Numbered from the stretch's first letter, positions 28,299 to 38,014 are shown. The stretch is DNA of 64,000 bases from Candidatus Cloacimonadales bacterium (GCA_963662655.2 CAXXTU010000002.1:1472001-1536000), one strand, 5' to 3'. Notes: generated by a model not told the origin, from the sequence alone. A program made the numbers and translations.

Positions 28299-29843
28299 TT
28301 ATTCAATGCATAATTTATAGTCTAAAATCACCATGTTGCCATCGTTGCGAAGCTGGATAACGATATCGTACTCGATGTAGGGGTCCAACGCGTTCTTGCC
28401 GGAGAACAACAGCCCCGTCTGATCCATGAATTCCCTCGTCATGCGTTTGACGAGGAAAATCGGCTCGAGGTTCCCCTGTCCGAAAGGCTGGAACTCGTTG
28501 AGCTTCTCGAACATCTGCTCATTGATATCGAACGGCCTGAGCACCGCGTCAATCTCGATCTTCTGCGCGTCTTCAATCTCCGTTATACGGTCGCGGAGAA
28601 ATCCCCCGAAACACTCCTCGAACTCCGGCAGCCGGTCTTCCTCCAGCGTGAATCCCGCCGCGCGAGCGTGTCCGCCGTACTGGACGAGGATATCGCTGCA
28701 GTGATTGAAAGAATCGATCAGGTTGATCGCATCCGTACTGCGCGCCTCGCCGACCACCAATCCTTTTTTCTTCTTCAGGAATATGACGGGAATCTTGAAT
28801 CGGCTGGTAACGATCGATGCCGCGAGTCCATACAGAGCGAACGGGATTTTATCCGATTCGTCGAAGTAGATGAAATAATACCCCGTCGGCTCGATCTGGG
28901 AAACGATATCGATCACCGCGTTGATCTTCCGCTCGTATTCGCTTTTCTCCATGAACAAGCGCTTCAGTTGATCGCGCTTTTCCACCGGATTTGCCAAAAG
29001 AAGCCTCATCCCGCGATTTTCGCCATCCAACATGCGCCCGCTCGAAAGGATCTTGTACGCAAACGCGATGAAATTCATCTTTGAGCGATTGTCTTCCGGC
29101 GTGTAGTAGTACTGACTCAGGAATTGAGCCGTGTCATCGAATACCGCCCGCCAGGAGCGCAATACCTCCAGACAGATGATACGATTCACCCCGTCCAGAG
29201 GGGCTTTGTCAGCGACGGTTCCCACCATGGTCCAAAAGAGGTAACTCGGATCCGGCTTCACGCCGCATATCTTCGATATGTGACGGATCAGGAGCCAGGT
29301 TACACCCACACCGGCAAGCATCGGATAAGGATACTGGCAATCCGCTTGCTTGGGATTGACGATCGCGTATGCTTTGGGGAGCTCGTCCTGCACAAGATGA
29401 TGATCGGTGATGATGGTCTCGATGCCCAGCTCGTTCAGCGCTTGAACGCCCTCGAAAGAAGAGGAGCAGCCATCCACCGTGATCACGAGATTGACCCCCA
29501 GGTCTCTCGCCTTCTGGACAAAACCCTCCTGAATGCCGTGGTGATCGACCAGCCGGTTCGGCACATGATAGAAATGATTCTGCGAACCGAGCTTCTCCAG
29601 ATAATCGAACAATATATAGGTGCTGGTGATCCCATCCGGATCGTCGTCACCGTAGATGATAATGCACTCTTTGTCGCGGATCGCCTGAATGATTCTCTGT
29701 GCGGCCTTCTCGATGTCCTTCATCAGGGCATCGTCCGGTAAATCCTCCAGCGTGACATTGAAGCTTGTATCATCGTAACCACGTTTTGCAATGATTTGTT
29801 CAACCGGCGACTTACCGTCGGCGTCTTTCCATATCCATTTCAT
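28299..29843 (-). CDS. recJ: Single-stranded-DNA exonuclease RecJ (DHH family)
   Basis: 'YGDDDPDG', 'ITVDG', 'TDHH', 'GTVAD...GVNR', DHHA1 'YGGHARAAG'. Confidence 0.85.
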   Translation of the reverse strand: MKWIWKDADGKSPVEQIIAKRGYDDTSFNVTLEDLPDDALMKDIEKAAQRIIQAIRDKECIIIYGDDDPDGITSTYILFDYLEKLGSQNHFYHVPNRLVDHHGIQEGFVQKARDLGVNLVITVDGCSSSFEGVQALNELGIETIITDHHLVQDELPKAYAIVNPKQADCQYPYPMLAGVGVTWLLIRHISKICGVKPDPSYLFWTMVGTVADKAPLDGVNRIICLEVLRSWRAVFDDTAQFLSQYYYTPEDNRSKMNFIAFAYKILSSGRMLDGENRGMRLLLANPVEKRDQLKRLFMEKSEYERKINAVIDIVSQIEPTGYYFIYFDESDKIPFALYGLAASIVTSRFKIPVIFLKKKKGLVVGEARSTDAINLIDSFNHCSDILVQYGGHARAAGFTLEEDRLPEFEECFGGFLRDRITEIEDAQKIEIDAVLRPFDINEQMFEKLNEFQPFGQGNLEPIFLVKRMTREFMDQTGLLFSGKNALDPYIEYDIVIQLRNDGNMVILDYKLCIE

Positions 29844-29856
29844 TAAGCCTTTACTT

Positions 29857-31077
29857 TCAATCGGGTTGTGGAATATCTCTATGTTCTATACTTTTTTTGC
29901 GTTTCTTGAAAATGTCGAATCCTTTTGTACCGATGGTGAACATCAGGGTGTTCTCTTCCACGCCATGCTTGCTTTTGTCGCCGCGCATCGTGTACTGCAC
30001 ACCGAAATGAATCTCTTTACCCGGCGATTTGAACGGCACGGAGAAGCCGCCGCTTACGCTCGTTTCGGTCACACGGGAATCGTTCACCTCGAAAGGAAGC
30101 TGACGGTAGCTGACGCCCACACGCAGCGGCAATCGCTGATACCAGCCGCCACGGTCGTAAATCGGATCGTAGGCGATACCCAGCGATACCTTGGCCGAAT
30201 TCAGGTTCTCGACATCGTTGTCCGTCTTGTCCCACATTTCGTAATGGACGTCGGTGGAGAATTTGAACTTCTGCAGATAACGCCATGTCAGGCTCAGGCT
30301 ATAACGCTCGGGGAGTTCGAAACTTCCATCCGCGAGCTCGTCCTGATAAGGGTCGAATACATAGTTGAACTCCGTGTCGCCCTCCAGCTTGATCTTCGGC
30401 GAGTACGCCAAACCGAGCGACATGTTGCTGAAGCGCTTGCTCAGTCCCAGTGACCACCCGTAGCTATGGAAAAAATGGTTCGTCTCGTACTTCGCGTCCA
30501 CGAAGTCCGAATCGTCATAATCCGACTCGACATAACGCGAGCGCTGTCCGGTGTAATAATTCAGACCCGCGCCTATGTTTACCCAATCCGTATGCAACGC
30601 GTATATCAGATCGATGCGGTAAATATTCGATTCGATGCGGTTGGTTTCGTTCACGGTAAGCGTATCACCGTTGAACATGGATGTCTTGTCGACATCGTTC
30701 GTGAAGTTCCCGGCTGCCACCGTGTTGAAATTGAGCGCGAGATGGTGGTTCTTGAACGGTACCGCAACCGAGAAATACGGCAGGAAGAGTCCGTCGTCGC
30801 GGAATGTCTTGCCGTTTTTGTCCTTGTAGTTCATGTAGCCGAACGAAACGCCTGTCGAAAAAACGACGCTGCTGCAAGTGGTTGCAAGCGACGGATTGCC
30901 GAATCCGGTGTTGAACCTGTAGAGATCGGAGTAACCGGTCTCCCCCATTCCAATGGAGTATGTGTCAACGTTGTAGTATTGCTCTGCGAAACCATAGGTG
31001 GAAAAAATAGAATTTGCGCCAAGCAGTCCAAATGCTATTATCAAGCCGACCAGAATGCAATATCTTTTTCCTGTCAT
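29857..31077 (-). CDS. Outer-membrane beta-barrel protein (FadL/PorV-like)
   Basis: Signal peptide, 'SIGMGETG...NPS' N-terminal hatch-like motif, and alternating aromatic beta-strand pattern. Confidence 0.65.
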   Translation of the reverse strand: MTGKRYCILVGLIIAFGLLGANSIFSTYGFAEQYYNVDTYSIGMGETGYSDLYRFNTGFGNPSLATTCSSVVFSTGVSFGYMNYKDKNGKTFRDDGLFLPYFSVAVPFKNHHLALNFNTVAAGNFTNDVDKTSMFNGDTLTVNETNRIESNIYRIDLIYALHTDWVNIGAGLNYYTGQRSRYVESDYDDSDFVDAKYETNHFFHSYGWSLGLSKRFSNMSLGLAYSPKIKLEGDTEFNYVFDPYQDELADGSFELPERYSLSLTWRYLQKFKFSTDVHYEMWDKTDNDVENLNSAKVSLGIAYDPIYDRGGWYQRLPLRVGVSYRQLPFEVNDSRVTETSVSGGFSVPFKSPGKEIHFGVQYTMRGDKSKHGVEENTLMFTIGTKGFDIFKKRKKSIEHRDIPQPD

Positions 31078-31351
31078 CGATCCTTTCCTTTCAGTTTACC
31101 TCAAATGTTCAAAAAACTATTCTTCTATCTCATTGTCAAACTTTCTTTCGTGCTAATTTCGATACAGCCGCGTCCGCGTATCGCACGTCTTCCTTGCCGC
31201 CGTTTTTTTAGCTCTGCTTTTTTTCTTAACAAAATAATTGGTTGACATGACAAACCGTGTTGACGTAGTGCAGACATAGATATTAATGCCTTGGTGTCTG
31301 CCTTGTAGACGGTAGAGACATCCGGGATGCAGAAAAGGATTCGAGGAGAAC

Positions 31352-32284
31352 ATGAAGAAAATCTCGCCTTATATGTATATCCTTCCGGCTGCGATCATCG
31401 TGATCCTGTTCCGTTTGATTCCAATCATCATTTCCTTCTTCATCAGCTTTTTCGAGTGGAAAGTAGATGGAATCGGCTCATTCATCGGCCTGCAAAACTA
31501 CCTGAACATCTTCTCCGATCAGGAGTTCTGGCAGTCGATGGTCAACACATTCTACCTGGTGGTTTTCGTCGTGCCGTCCACGCTGATCCTCTCGCTCATC
31601 TTCGCTGTGCTGCTGAATCACATCACTGCGCTCCGGGCGTTCTTCAGAACCATCTATTTCATTCCGACCGTTACTTCGCTCGTCGCGGTATCGATCGTCT
31701 GGAAAATCATATACAACCAGCAGAGCGGTTTGATGAACTTCGTCCTGGGCAAAATCGGGATCGCGCCGCTGGGCTGGCTTTCCGAGAGCACCGGCATCTT
31801 CCAGATGATCTTCGATAACTTCAACGTTCAACTTCCCACAGTGTTTCAGGGACCTTCGCTAGCGCTTTTCGCGATCATCATCCTATCCGTATGGCGCTCA
31901 CTGGGTTACAACACGATTATCTATCTTGCGGGATTGCAAAATATCCCCAATGTATACTACGAAGCGGCCTCCATAGACGGGGCCAGTAAGCTCAGGCAAT
32001 TCTTCGGTATCACGATACCGCTCATCTCCCCAACGACCTACTACGTCCTGATGATGACAACCATCACCACGTTCCAGGTGTTCTCTCAGGTTTACCTGAT
32101 GACCGGACCTCCGATCGGCGGCCCACTCGGAACAACGAAGGTGATCGTCTATTACATCTTCGACAAAGGTTTCGGCGAGAGCAACAATCTCAGCTACGCA
32201 AGCGCCATCGCGCTGGTGCTGTTCCTGATCATCCTGGGCCTGACCATGCTTCAGAAAAGACTCGAAAAGAAAGTTCATTATTGA
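31352..32284 (+). CDS. Carbohydrate ABC transporter permease (MalF/UgpA-like)
   Basis: 'FIGLQNY', 'RTIYFIP', EAA motif 'YEAASIDGA...F..ITIPLISP'. Confidence 0.93.
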   Translation: MKKISPYMYILPAAIIVILFRLIPIIISFFISFFEWKVDGIGSFIGLQNYLNIFSDQEFWQSMVNTFYLVVFVVPSTLILSLIFAVLLNHITALRAFFRTIYFIPTVTSLVAVSIVWKIIYNQQSGLMNFVLGKIGIAPLGWLSESTGIFQMIFDNFNVQLPTVFQGPSLALFAIIILSVWRSLGYNTIIYLAGLQNIPNVYYEAASIDGASKLRQFFGITIPLISPTTYYVLMMTTITTFQVFSQVYLMTGPPIGGPLGTTKVIVYYIFDKGFGESNNLSYASAIALVLFLIILGLTMLQKRLEKKVHY

Positions 32285-32289
32285 TTGAT

Positions 32290-32943
32290 ATGATAAAAAC
32301 GACAATGATTGCCGTTCGCCACGGCGAGACGGTGTGGAATACGGAAAAACGTTATCAGGGGCAGTTGGATTCCGAACTGACCCGGATTGGAAAAATGCAG
32401 TCGGAAGCGGTCGCCATCGCGCTGGCAGAGCAATCGCCCCTCTGGGATGGCGATTTTACCGCGTTGTACAGCAGCGACCTCGGCAGGGCCGTCAACACGG
32501 CGAGATACATCGAACAGATGCTGGATATCCCGTTGCAGCAGGATCCGCGACTCCGCGAAATCAGGCTGGGAACCCTGCAGGGACAAACGCGCGACGCGAT
32601 TCGCAATGAGCAGCCGGAGATGCGCAAGAATCTCGATCGCTGGGACTACGCGCCGCCGCAGGGCGAAAGCAAGGTCGAGCGATACCTGCGCACAACGGCC
32701 TGCATGCTCGACCTCTTCGAAAGGCATCAGGGCGAGACGTTCATCGTGGTAACGCACGGCGGCGTCCTGGACGGATTCTTGCGGTACGCGCTGCGGATTC
32801 CGCTCTCGGACAACAGGCGTTTTTCGATTTTCAACGGAAGCATTAACGTGATCAGCCGAATCGACGGCAACATGAAGCTGGAGAGCTGGGGCATCGTGCA
32901 CCACTTGAAGGATATGACTGTCATCGACGGCGAAAAAATATGA
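32290..32943 (+). CDS. Histidine phosphatase family protein (PGM/CobC-like)
   Basis: 'VRHGETVWN', 'YSSDLGRA..TA', 'LREI', 'VVTHGG'. Confidence 0.92.
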   Translation: MIKTTMIAVRHGETVWNTEKRYQGQLDSELTRIGKMQSEAVAIALAEQSPLWDGDFTALYSSDLGRAVNTARYIEQMLDIPLQQDPRLREIRLGTLQGQTRDAIRNEQPEMRKNLDRWDYAPPQGESKVERYLRTTACMLDLFERHQGETFIVVTHGGVLDGFLRYALRIPLSDNRRFSIFNGSINVISRIDGNMKLESWGIVHHLKDMTVIDGEKI

Positions 32944-32953
32944 GGAACTAAAC

Positions 32954-33940
32954 ATGCGCTGGATGGGAAAAGGTTTTATCTATGCGGTCCTGATTTTATG
33001 CGGATTGACGATGGTGGTCCCCTTTATCTGGATGGTTACAACCGCTCTGAAAACTCAGACCGAAGTGAACAAAGGCAACGTAGGCTTCGTGCCGGTCGAC
33101 GACGACATTCTCTACAACGACGGGACCAGGCTCCACAAGGTGAAGGTCGTCAAGACGGAAGGCGACAGCGCGTACGTGCATTTCTTCGATAGAGAGAACC
33201 ACATCATCAAAGAGAAGGCCTACACCAAAGTTCCGCAGTCCTCTCTGGAACAAAAACGCCGCCTGAATCCGCACTGGGAGAACTTCTCCAAGGCGTTCAG
33301 CAAAGTGCCGTTTGGTCGCTACTTCCTCAATACGATCATAACATCGCTGAGCATCATGATCGGCGTTATCGTGACAGGCGCGCTGGCAGCGTACGCCTTC
33401 GCCCGCATGGAGTTTTTCGGCAAGGAGACCCTTTTCTACCTGTTCATCAGCATGATGATGGTTCCGCAGCCGATCTACCTCATCCCCTCCTACGTGCTCC
33501 TGAACCACCTCGGATGGATCGACACCTATCAGGCGTTGATCGTTCCCTGGCTGGCCAACATATTCACCATCTTCCTCCTGCGCCAGCACTTCAAAACACT
33601 GCCTCAGGACCTGTTTGACGCAGCGGCGATCGACGGATGCAGTCGGTTCCGTATGCTGTGGCAGATCGTTTTGCCGCTTTCCAAGGGCGTGATTTCCACC
33701 GCCGCGATCTTCTCCGTTATCGGGAGCTGGAACAGCTTCATGTGGCCGCTGGTCATGACCAACAGCGAGAACATCCGCGTGCTCCAGGTGGGACTTAGCT
33801 ACTTCTCGCAGGAGTCATCCTCGCAAACGGTTCTCTTGATGGCAGCTTCGACATTCAGCATCCTCCCGCTCGTGATCCTGTTCCTGCTTGCCCAGCGCCA
33901 GATCATCCAGAGCTTCGCCTCCAGCGGATTGAAGGGGTAG
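32954..33940 (+). CDS. Carbohydrate ABC transporter permease (MalG/UgpE-like) with periplasmic insert
   Basis: 'WENF', 'AAYAFAR', 'DAAAIDG', 'WNSFMWPL'. Confidence 0.92.
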   Translation: MRWMGKGFIYAVLILCGLTMVVPFIWMVTTALKTQTEVNKGNVGFVPVDDDILYNDGTRLHKVKVVKTEGDSAYVHFFDRENHIIKEKAYTKVPQSSLEQKRRLNPHWENFSKAFSKVPFGRYFLNTIITSLSIMIGVIVTGALAAYAFARMEFFGKETLFYLFISMMMVPQPIYLIPSYVLLNHLGWIDTYQALIVPWLANIFTIFLLRQHFKTLPQDLFDAAAIDGCSRFRMLWQIVLPLSKGVISTAAIFSVIGSWNSFMWPLVMTNSENIRVLQVGLSYFSQESSSQTVLLMAASTFSILPLVILFLLAQRQIIQSFASSGLKG

Positions 33941-34062
33941 GAAAAGAGCTTGCAAGAAGACGATTGGCCAGCTATAGGATTTTTTGAATGAGATGCCATA
34001 GTTTCAAGGAATACCTCCTTCGGAAAATCCTCTCTACAACCAATTTCCGCCTCCTCCGTCAT

Positions 34063-34256
34063 CCCGGACAAGTCGACTGCAGATTCGTTCGACCGTGAGC
34101 GTAATCGTGGTGTTTCACACCCGATTTTCGGCTTTCGCGCAACGAAAACGATATCTTCGTACGAAAGTCTTTCGCGGTGCGGAACAACGAGAGTGGATAA
34201 TCGGGTGTGGTATATCCACGATGGAGCGAGGGATCGGGCGAAGATGCGACGACGGG
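34063..34256 (+). repeat. Long rod-like structured element (copy 1 of a covarying repeat or ncRNA family)
   Basis: Nested stems with G-U pairs on the + strand (ATCGTGG/CCACGAT, CACACCCGATT/AATCGGGTGTG, TCGTTCGA/TCGGGCGA). Shares four sequence boxes with 56996-57124. Confidence 0.6.
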
Positions 34257-34270
34257 CGTTGTAAAAAAAA

Positions 34271-35617
34271 GGCACTGTTGCATATTAAGTGGGTGAATGG
34301 GTATTCAGATATCCGCAACATTGCAGAACCTTCAATCTGAAGTATGAGAAGTCCTTGTATCCATACGCTCTCTTTATAATGGTTCGAATGACGTTGTTAA
34401 CCGCTTCTGCCTTGGCATTCGTGATTCTATGCTTGAACCAGTTCAACACAATATGCAATCTCTTCATAATCGTTCTTGCAAGTGCCTTCAGTGGCTCGAA
34501 GACGGTTTTCTGAATAACTCTGCACCACTCTTCAATCATCGGCTTCGCTTCTTCTTGCGTAATATCGTCTTCGAAAATCGATAGTAAATCTTCTTTGAGC
34601 AAATAGGCTTCGTAAAGGGGATGATTTAGCGTCTCCAGTTTCTTGAGTCGGGCTTGATGGTTTTCTTTGTGATTGTGTTTTCTGGTCAAAACCAACCACC
34701 GGTCGTGTTTCTTGCTCTGACGCAACTTGTCAGATTCAAAATCTCTCTGAAGTTCTCGTCGTACTTCTTCCACTTTCCTGTTGACCAGGCGGCTGAAATG
34801 GAAACGATCAAATACGATCATATCGGCACTCCAACACTCGGAAACAGCGCCGATATATGAACCACTGAAATCCATTGTTACGGTATCAATCCAGCGGAGT
34901 CGTCGTTCGTATTTTCGAAACAACTCCTTCGCACTTTCTTTCGATTTGCCCATTGTCAGGTCGATCACACGCCCGTCCTCATGGTTTGTGATAACCGTTG
35001 CATACTTATGCCTTCGCTTATAACCAATCTCGTCAATTGCAATCTGATCGACATTCGGAACTCGTCCTCTATAACCCTTTTCCAACTTGGATAACTCAAT
35101 TTTGTCGATTCGATAAATCGTACTCCGATCCACACCGAATATCCGTGCTACAGAAGCATTGTCTGAACGAAGCGTGAACTGGAGAACCTTATTGCCGAAG
35201 TCTTTAGAGTGTCGATTGAGACCCTCGGCAATATCCTGTTGTTCAGTTTTCACTCCACACTGAGCGCAGTTGATCCGGCGAAGCGTTAGCACAAGTACTA
35301 CGGGACGACAGGATATGGATGCATGAAGAATTTTGCGGACTCGATGATCATAAACTGTTCCCACAATACCGCATGTAGGACAACGTGGCTCATCTTCCTT
35401 TCGAACATGGACTTCAATGCATGGATAAGTTTGATACGTACCTTCGATTATCTGGTCGGCAGAATAACCTTGCAAAGCCAACAACGTTTTACAGACTTGT
35501 TTTCTGAGAGGATCATTCATCTCTATCTCCTTGTTGTGGTGATTAGGAGATTGTACGAGATCGGGTGATTCCTCTCAATCTTTTTTTCGACTTACCCACT
35601 AAGTTTGCAACAGTGCC
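34271..35617 (-). mobile_element. ISL3-family insertion sequence, complete (1347 bp)
   Basis: Terminal IRs GGCACTGTTGCATATTAAGTGGGT and GGCACTGTTGCAAACTTAGTGGGT match at 21/24. Flanked by A8 (34263-34270) and A9 (35618-35626), consistent with an 8-bp AT-rich TSD. Visibly more AT-rich than its neighbours. Confidence 0.93.
34285..35520 (-). CDS. ISL3-family transposase
   Basis: Zn finger (CPTCG...CAQCG), HTH, and DDE motifs 'IAIDE', 'TMDF', 'FDRFH', 'NAKAEAVNN...AYGY'. Confidence 0.95.
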   Translation of the reverse strand: MNDPLRKQVCKTLLALQGYSADQIIEGTYQTYPCIEVHVRKEDEPRCPTCGIVGTVYDHRVRKILHASISCRPVVLVLTLRRINCAQCGVKTEQQDIAEGLNRHSKDFGNKVLQFTLRSDNASVARIFGVDRSTIYRIDKIELSKLEKGYRGRVPNVDQIAIDEIGYKRRHKYATVITNHEDGRVIDLTMGKSKESAKELFRKYERRLRWIDTVTMDFSGSYIGAVSECWSADMIVFDRFHFSRLVNRKVEEVRRELQRDFESDKLRQSKKHDRWLVLTRKHNHKENHQARLKKLETLNHPLYEAYLLKEDLLSIFEDDITQEEAKPMIEEWCRVIQKTVFEPLKALARTIMKRLHIVLNWFKHRITNAKAEAVNNVIRTIIKRAYGYKDFSYFRLKVLQCCGYLNTHSPT

Positions 35618-35651
35618 AAAAAAAAACCGCCACCTCGTTCGAGATGGCGGC
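35618..35651 (-). terminator. Rho-independent terminator of the dsbD-Omp28 operon
   Basis: On the minus strand, the GCCGCCATCTCG-AA-CGAGGTGGCGGT stem is followed by a U-tract (A9 on +). Confidence 0.8.
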
Positions 35652-35674
35652 TACAATGTGCAGTGTAGTTTGAC

Positions 35675-37921
35675 CTATTTGATCAAAGCCATTTTATGAA
35701 CGGCTGTTCCCTTGGAGGATGTAAGTCTTGCGAAATACACGCCGCTGGAAACAGATTTTCCGTTATCGTCCATACCGTTCCATACAACCGCTTCGCTTTC
35801 AACAACATCGTTGTCGATCAGCGTTCGAATCACCTGACCCCTGATATTGTAGATCGCCAGCGTGACCGGTTCGTTGGAAGGAATGCTCATGGCGATGGTT
35901 GTTTCCGGGTTGAACGGATTCGGGTAAACGCTCAGAGAGACGCCCGTTACCTGCGGAGCGGATGGATCGCTCTCGTTATCGAGATATTCGTTACCCATTC
36001 CACCGTACGCGCCCATATCGGTTGTCAGCGTTCCCATAGCAGGCCACAGCGGTAATCCTGAGTTGTCCGGATCCTCGACATCCATGTGCTCGCCTTCAGG
36101 ATCACCGGCATCGATACAGGGTGAATCTTCCGAGAGGTACCACTCGACGTTGAACAAGTTCTCGATGAGACCAACCTCGGTTGAGGCATTGGTGAACATC
36201 GGATCTCCGTCGATGTTTCCGGTTCCGTCGTAACCACCGGAAACACAGTTGTACGTGGCATAGAAATCGCCGAAGAGATCGATCAGCGGTTCGTCTTCGC
36301 CAATGATGATGTTATTCACCAGGTCCATCTCGGATTCGTAGAGGAAGATCGCTGCACCGGTGCTTCCGGTACAAAGATTGTTCGCGATCGTGTTGTTGAC
36401 CACAACCGGATATGAATCTTCGCGAACGCTGATTGCGGCAGCCTGGCTACCCTGATTGTTCACAATAATGTTATTGTAAATCTCGGGAGTCGAATTCACG
36501 ATGCCGAATGCACCTGCGACCGAGCCGCCATCGTTGTTACCGATAAAACACTGTTTCACGGAAACATTGTCGGAATTGACGATGTGAATCGCGCCTGCCT
36601 GCGTTGAGCCGGAGTTGTCGACAAAGCGACACTTCTGGATATCCACGCTTGAGTTGCTGATCAAAATCGCGCTCTCCTCTGCATTGTAAAACTGGCAGTT
36701 GAAGACGATCGACTCGAATGCGTTGGAATCGATGAAGTCGAGACCATTCCATACGTTACGATCCGTTGTCGAGAAAACAATCGGGTCGTCGTCTGAAGCG
36801 TCGGCAACAAGCGTTCCTTTAACGATCATTCCAATGCCGTTCTGGCTCGTGATTGTCGTTCCCGGTTCAATGACCAGCGTCGCGCCGACAGGAACGGTTA
36901 CATCGCCAATCATGTGATAATTGCCGTATTGGGGATCCCAATGACCCGCGACCGAGCCATAGATATTCCCTGTATCCTGAACGTAGATGTAATCCTCGGC
37001 GGTCTTGGTGTCCGTTTCTTCACCGTCGGAAACGGTGAGACTTACCGTGTAGACGCCAGGAGTCGTATAAACCCATGCAGGATTCTCTTCTTCACTGTCA
37101 ATATTGCCATCACCATCGAAATCCCATTCCCAGGAGATGATTCCTCCCGGAGGCATGGAAAGGCTGGTGAACTGGACGTCAAGAGCAGGTGGACCCATCG
37201 TGATATTAGCGGAGAAATTCGCACCGAATTGCGCCATTTCGCTGATCGCAGCCTGATGGATAACCTTGTCGCCATTGAGGGTCTGAATCAGCACAACGCC
37301 GCGAAGATCGTCAACGCTGTCGTAGTCGAAACCACTGTCGAGGGTTGCGGTGAAAGTTCCGGAATCACCGGAAGCGGTAAGCCCGAAATCCTGTGCTTCG
37401 TAACGACGTACCACGCAGAAGTAGTCGTTCGTGTAACGTTGGGTCACGATGAAGATTATTTTGTTGTTGGAAGTTGTGATGTCCGCCGTCAAAGAGACAC
37501 TGGCTTGCAGCAGGAAGTTGAGATCCTCGTCCTGCATGAAAGCCATGGTGATCTCAGCCGGAGCATCGTCATCGATGACCTGATTGTAATCGGAAACGTA
37601 ACGGGGGTAAGTCGTTCCGCCGCCCCCATCTTCGATGTATCCACCGAATTGGGCATGCGGGATACCGCTTACTCCATACATGCTGCCACGCGAACTGTAG
37701 TTCGGGCTCGTGGGGCATGTCGTTTCGTTTGTTCCACCATTCCAGATCAAGGGAACCACGTTCTCGTGGTTCTCGAATAATTGAAGCAGCCCAGACCGAG
37801 CTGCGGGGCAGTAGCTGCACCATGTTTGCGTAAACACTTCGCCGACTACCTGTATCTGTGTAGCCAGAGCAAGCGTTGACGCAAGGAGCAGCATTAAGAA
37901 GACGACTAATCTTCTTGTCAT
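35675..37921 (-). CDS. Secreted Omp28-like thioredoxin-fold (WCSYC) + PKD + beta-helix protein with FlgD-Ig/T9SS-like tail
   Basis: Signal peptide, 'EVFTQTWCSYCP', cis-Pro 'GIPHAQF', PKD 'WEWDFDGDG...YTTPGVYTVSLTV', Asn-rich beta-helix repeats, and 'YPNPFNPETTI...KMALIK'. Confidence 0.85.
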   Translation of the reverse strand: MTRRLVVFLMLLLASTLALATQIQVVGEVFTQTWCSYCPAARSGLLQLFENHENVVPLIWNGGTNETTCPTSPNYSSRGSMYGVSGIPHAQFGGYIEDGGGGTTYPRYVSDYNQVIDDDAPAEITMAFMQDEDLNFLLQASVSLTADITTSNNKIIFIVTQRYTNDYFCVVRRYEAQDFGLTASGDSGTFTATLDSGFDYDSVDDLRGVVLIQTLNGDKVIHQAAISEMAQFGANFSANITMGPPALDVQFTSLSMPPGGIISWEWDFDGDGNIDSEEENPAWVYTTPGVYTVSLTVSDGEETDTKTAEDYIYVQDTGNIYGSVAGHWDPQYGNYHMIGDVTVPVGATLVIEPGTTITSQNGIGMIVKGTLVADASDDDPIVFSTTDRNVWNGLDFIDSNAFESIVFNCQFYNAEESAILISNSSVDIQKCRFVDNSGSTQAGAIHIVNSDNVSVKQCFIGNNDGGSVAGAFGIVNSTPEIYNNIIVNNQGSQAAAISVREDSYPVVVNNTIANNLCTGSTGAAIFLYESEMDLVNNIIIGEDEPLIDLFGDFYATYNCVSGGYDGTGNIDGDPMFTNASTEVGLIENLFNVEWYLSEDSPCIDAGDPEGEHMDVEDPDNSGLPLWPAMGTLTTDMGAYGGMGNEYLDNESDPSAPQVTGVSLSVYPNPFNPETTIAMSIPSNEPVTLAIYNIRGQVIRTLIDNDVVESEAVVWNGMDDNGKSVSSGVYFARLTSSKGTAVHKMALIK
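37786..37819 (-). promoter_or_regulatory. SECIS-like hairpin downstream of the catalytic TGC codon (possible vestigial SECIS)
   Basis: TGC AGC TAC TGC CCC GCAGCTC-GGTCT-GGGCTGC: a 7-bp stem with a GGUCU loop 19 nt after the first CxxC codon. Confidence 0.55.
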
Positions 37922-38014
37922 CAAGTTCCTCCTTACTATGCTGTTTCTTTTTCAAGAAATCATCTCTCTCTATCGTAACGAATAGCTTTTTAAGGATCTG
38001 TCGGAACTGCCGGA

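Noticed and set aside
34063..34256. 6S RNA, suggested by the size and rod shape
   Set aside because: A second, shorter copy with the same boxes has a fully paired centre and no bubble. The nearest promoter-like sequence (TTGCAA-N17-TATAGG, 33950-33978) is weak and about 80 nt away. Not fully excluded without Infernal.
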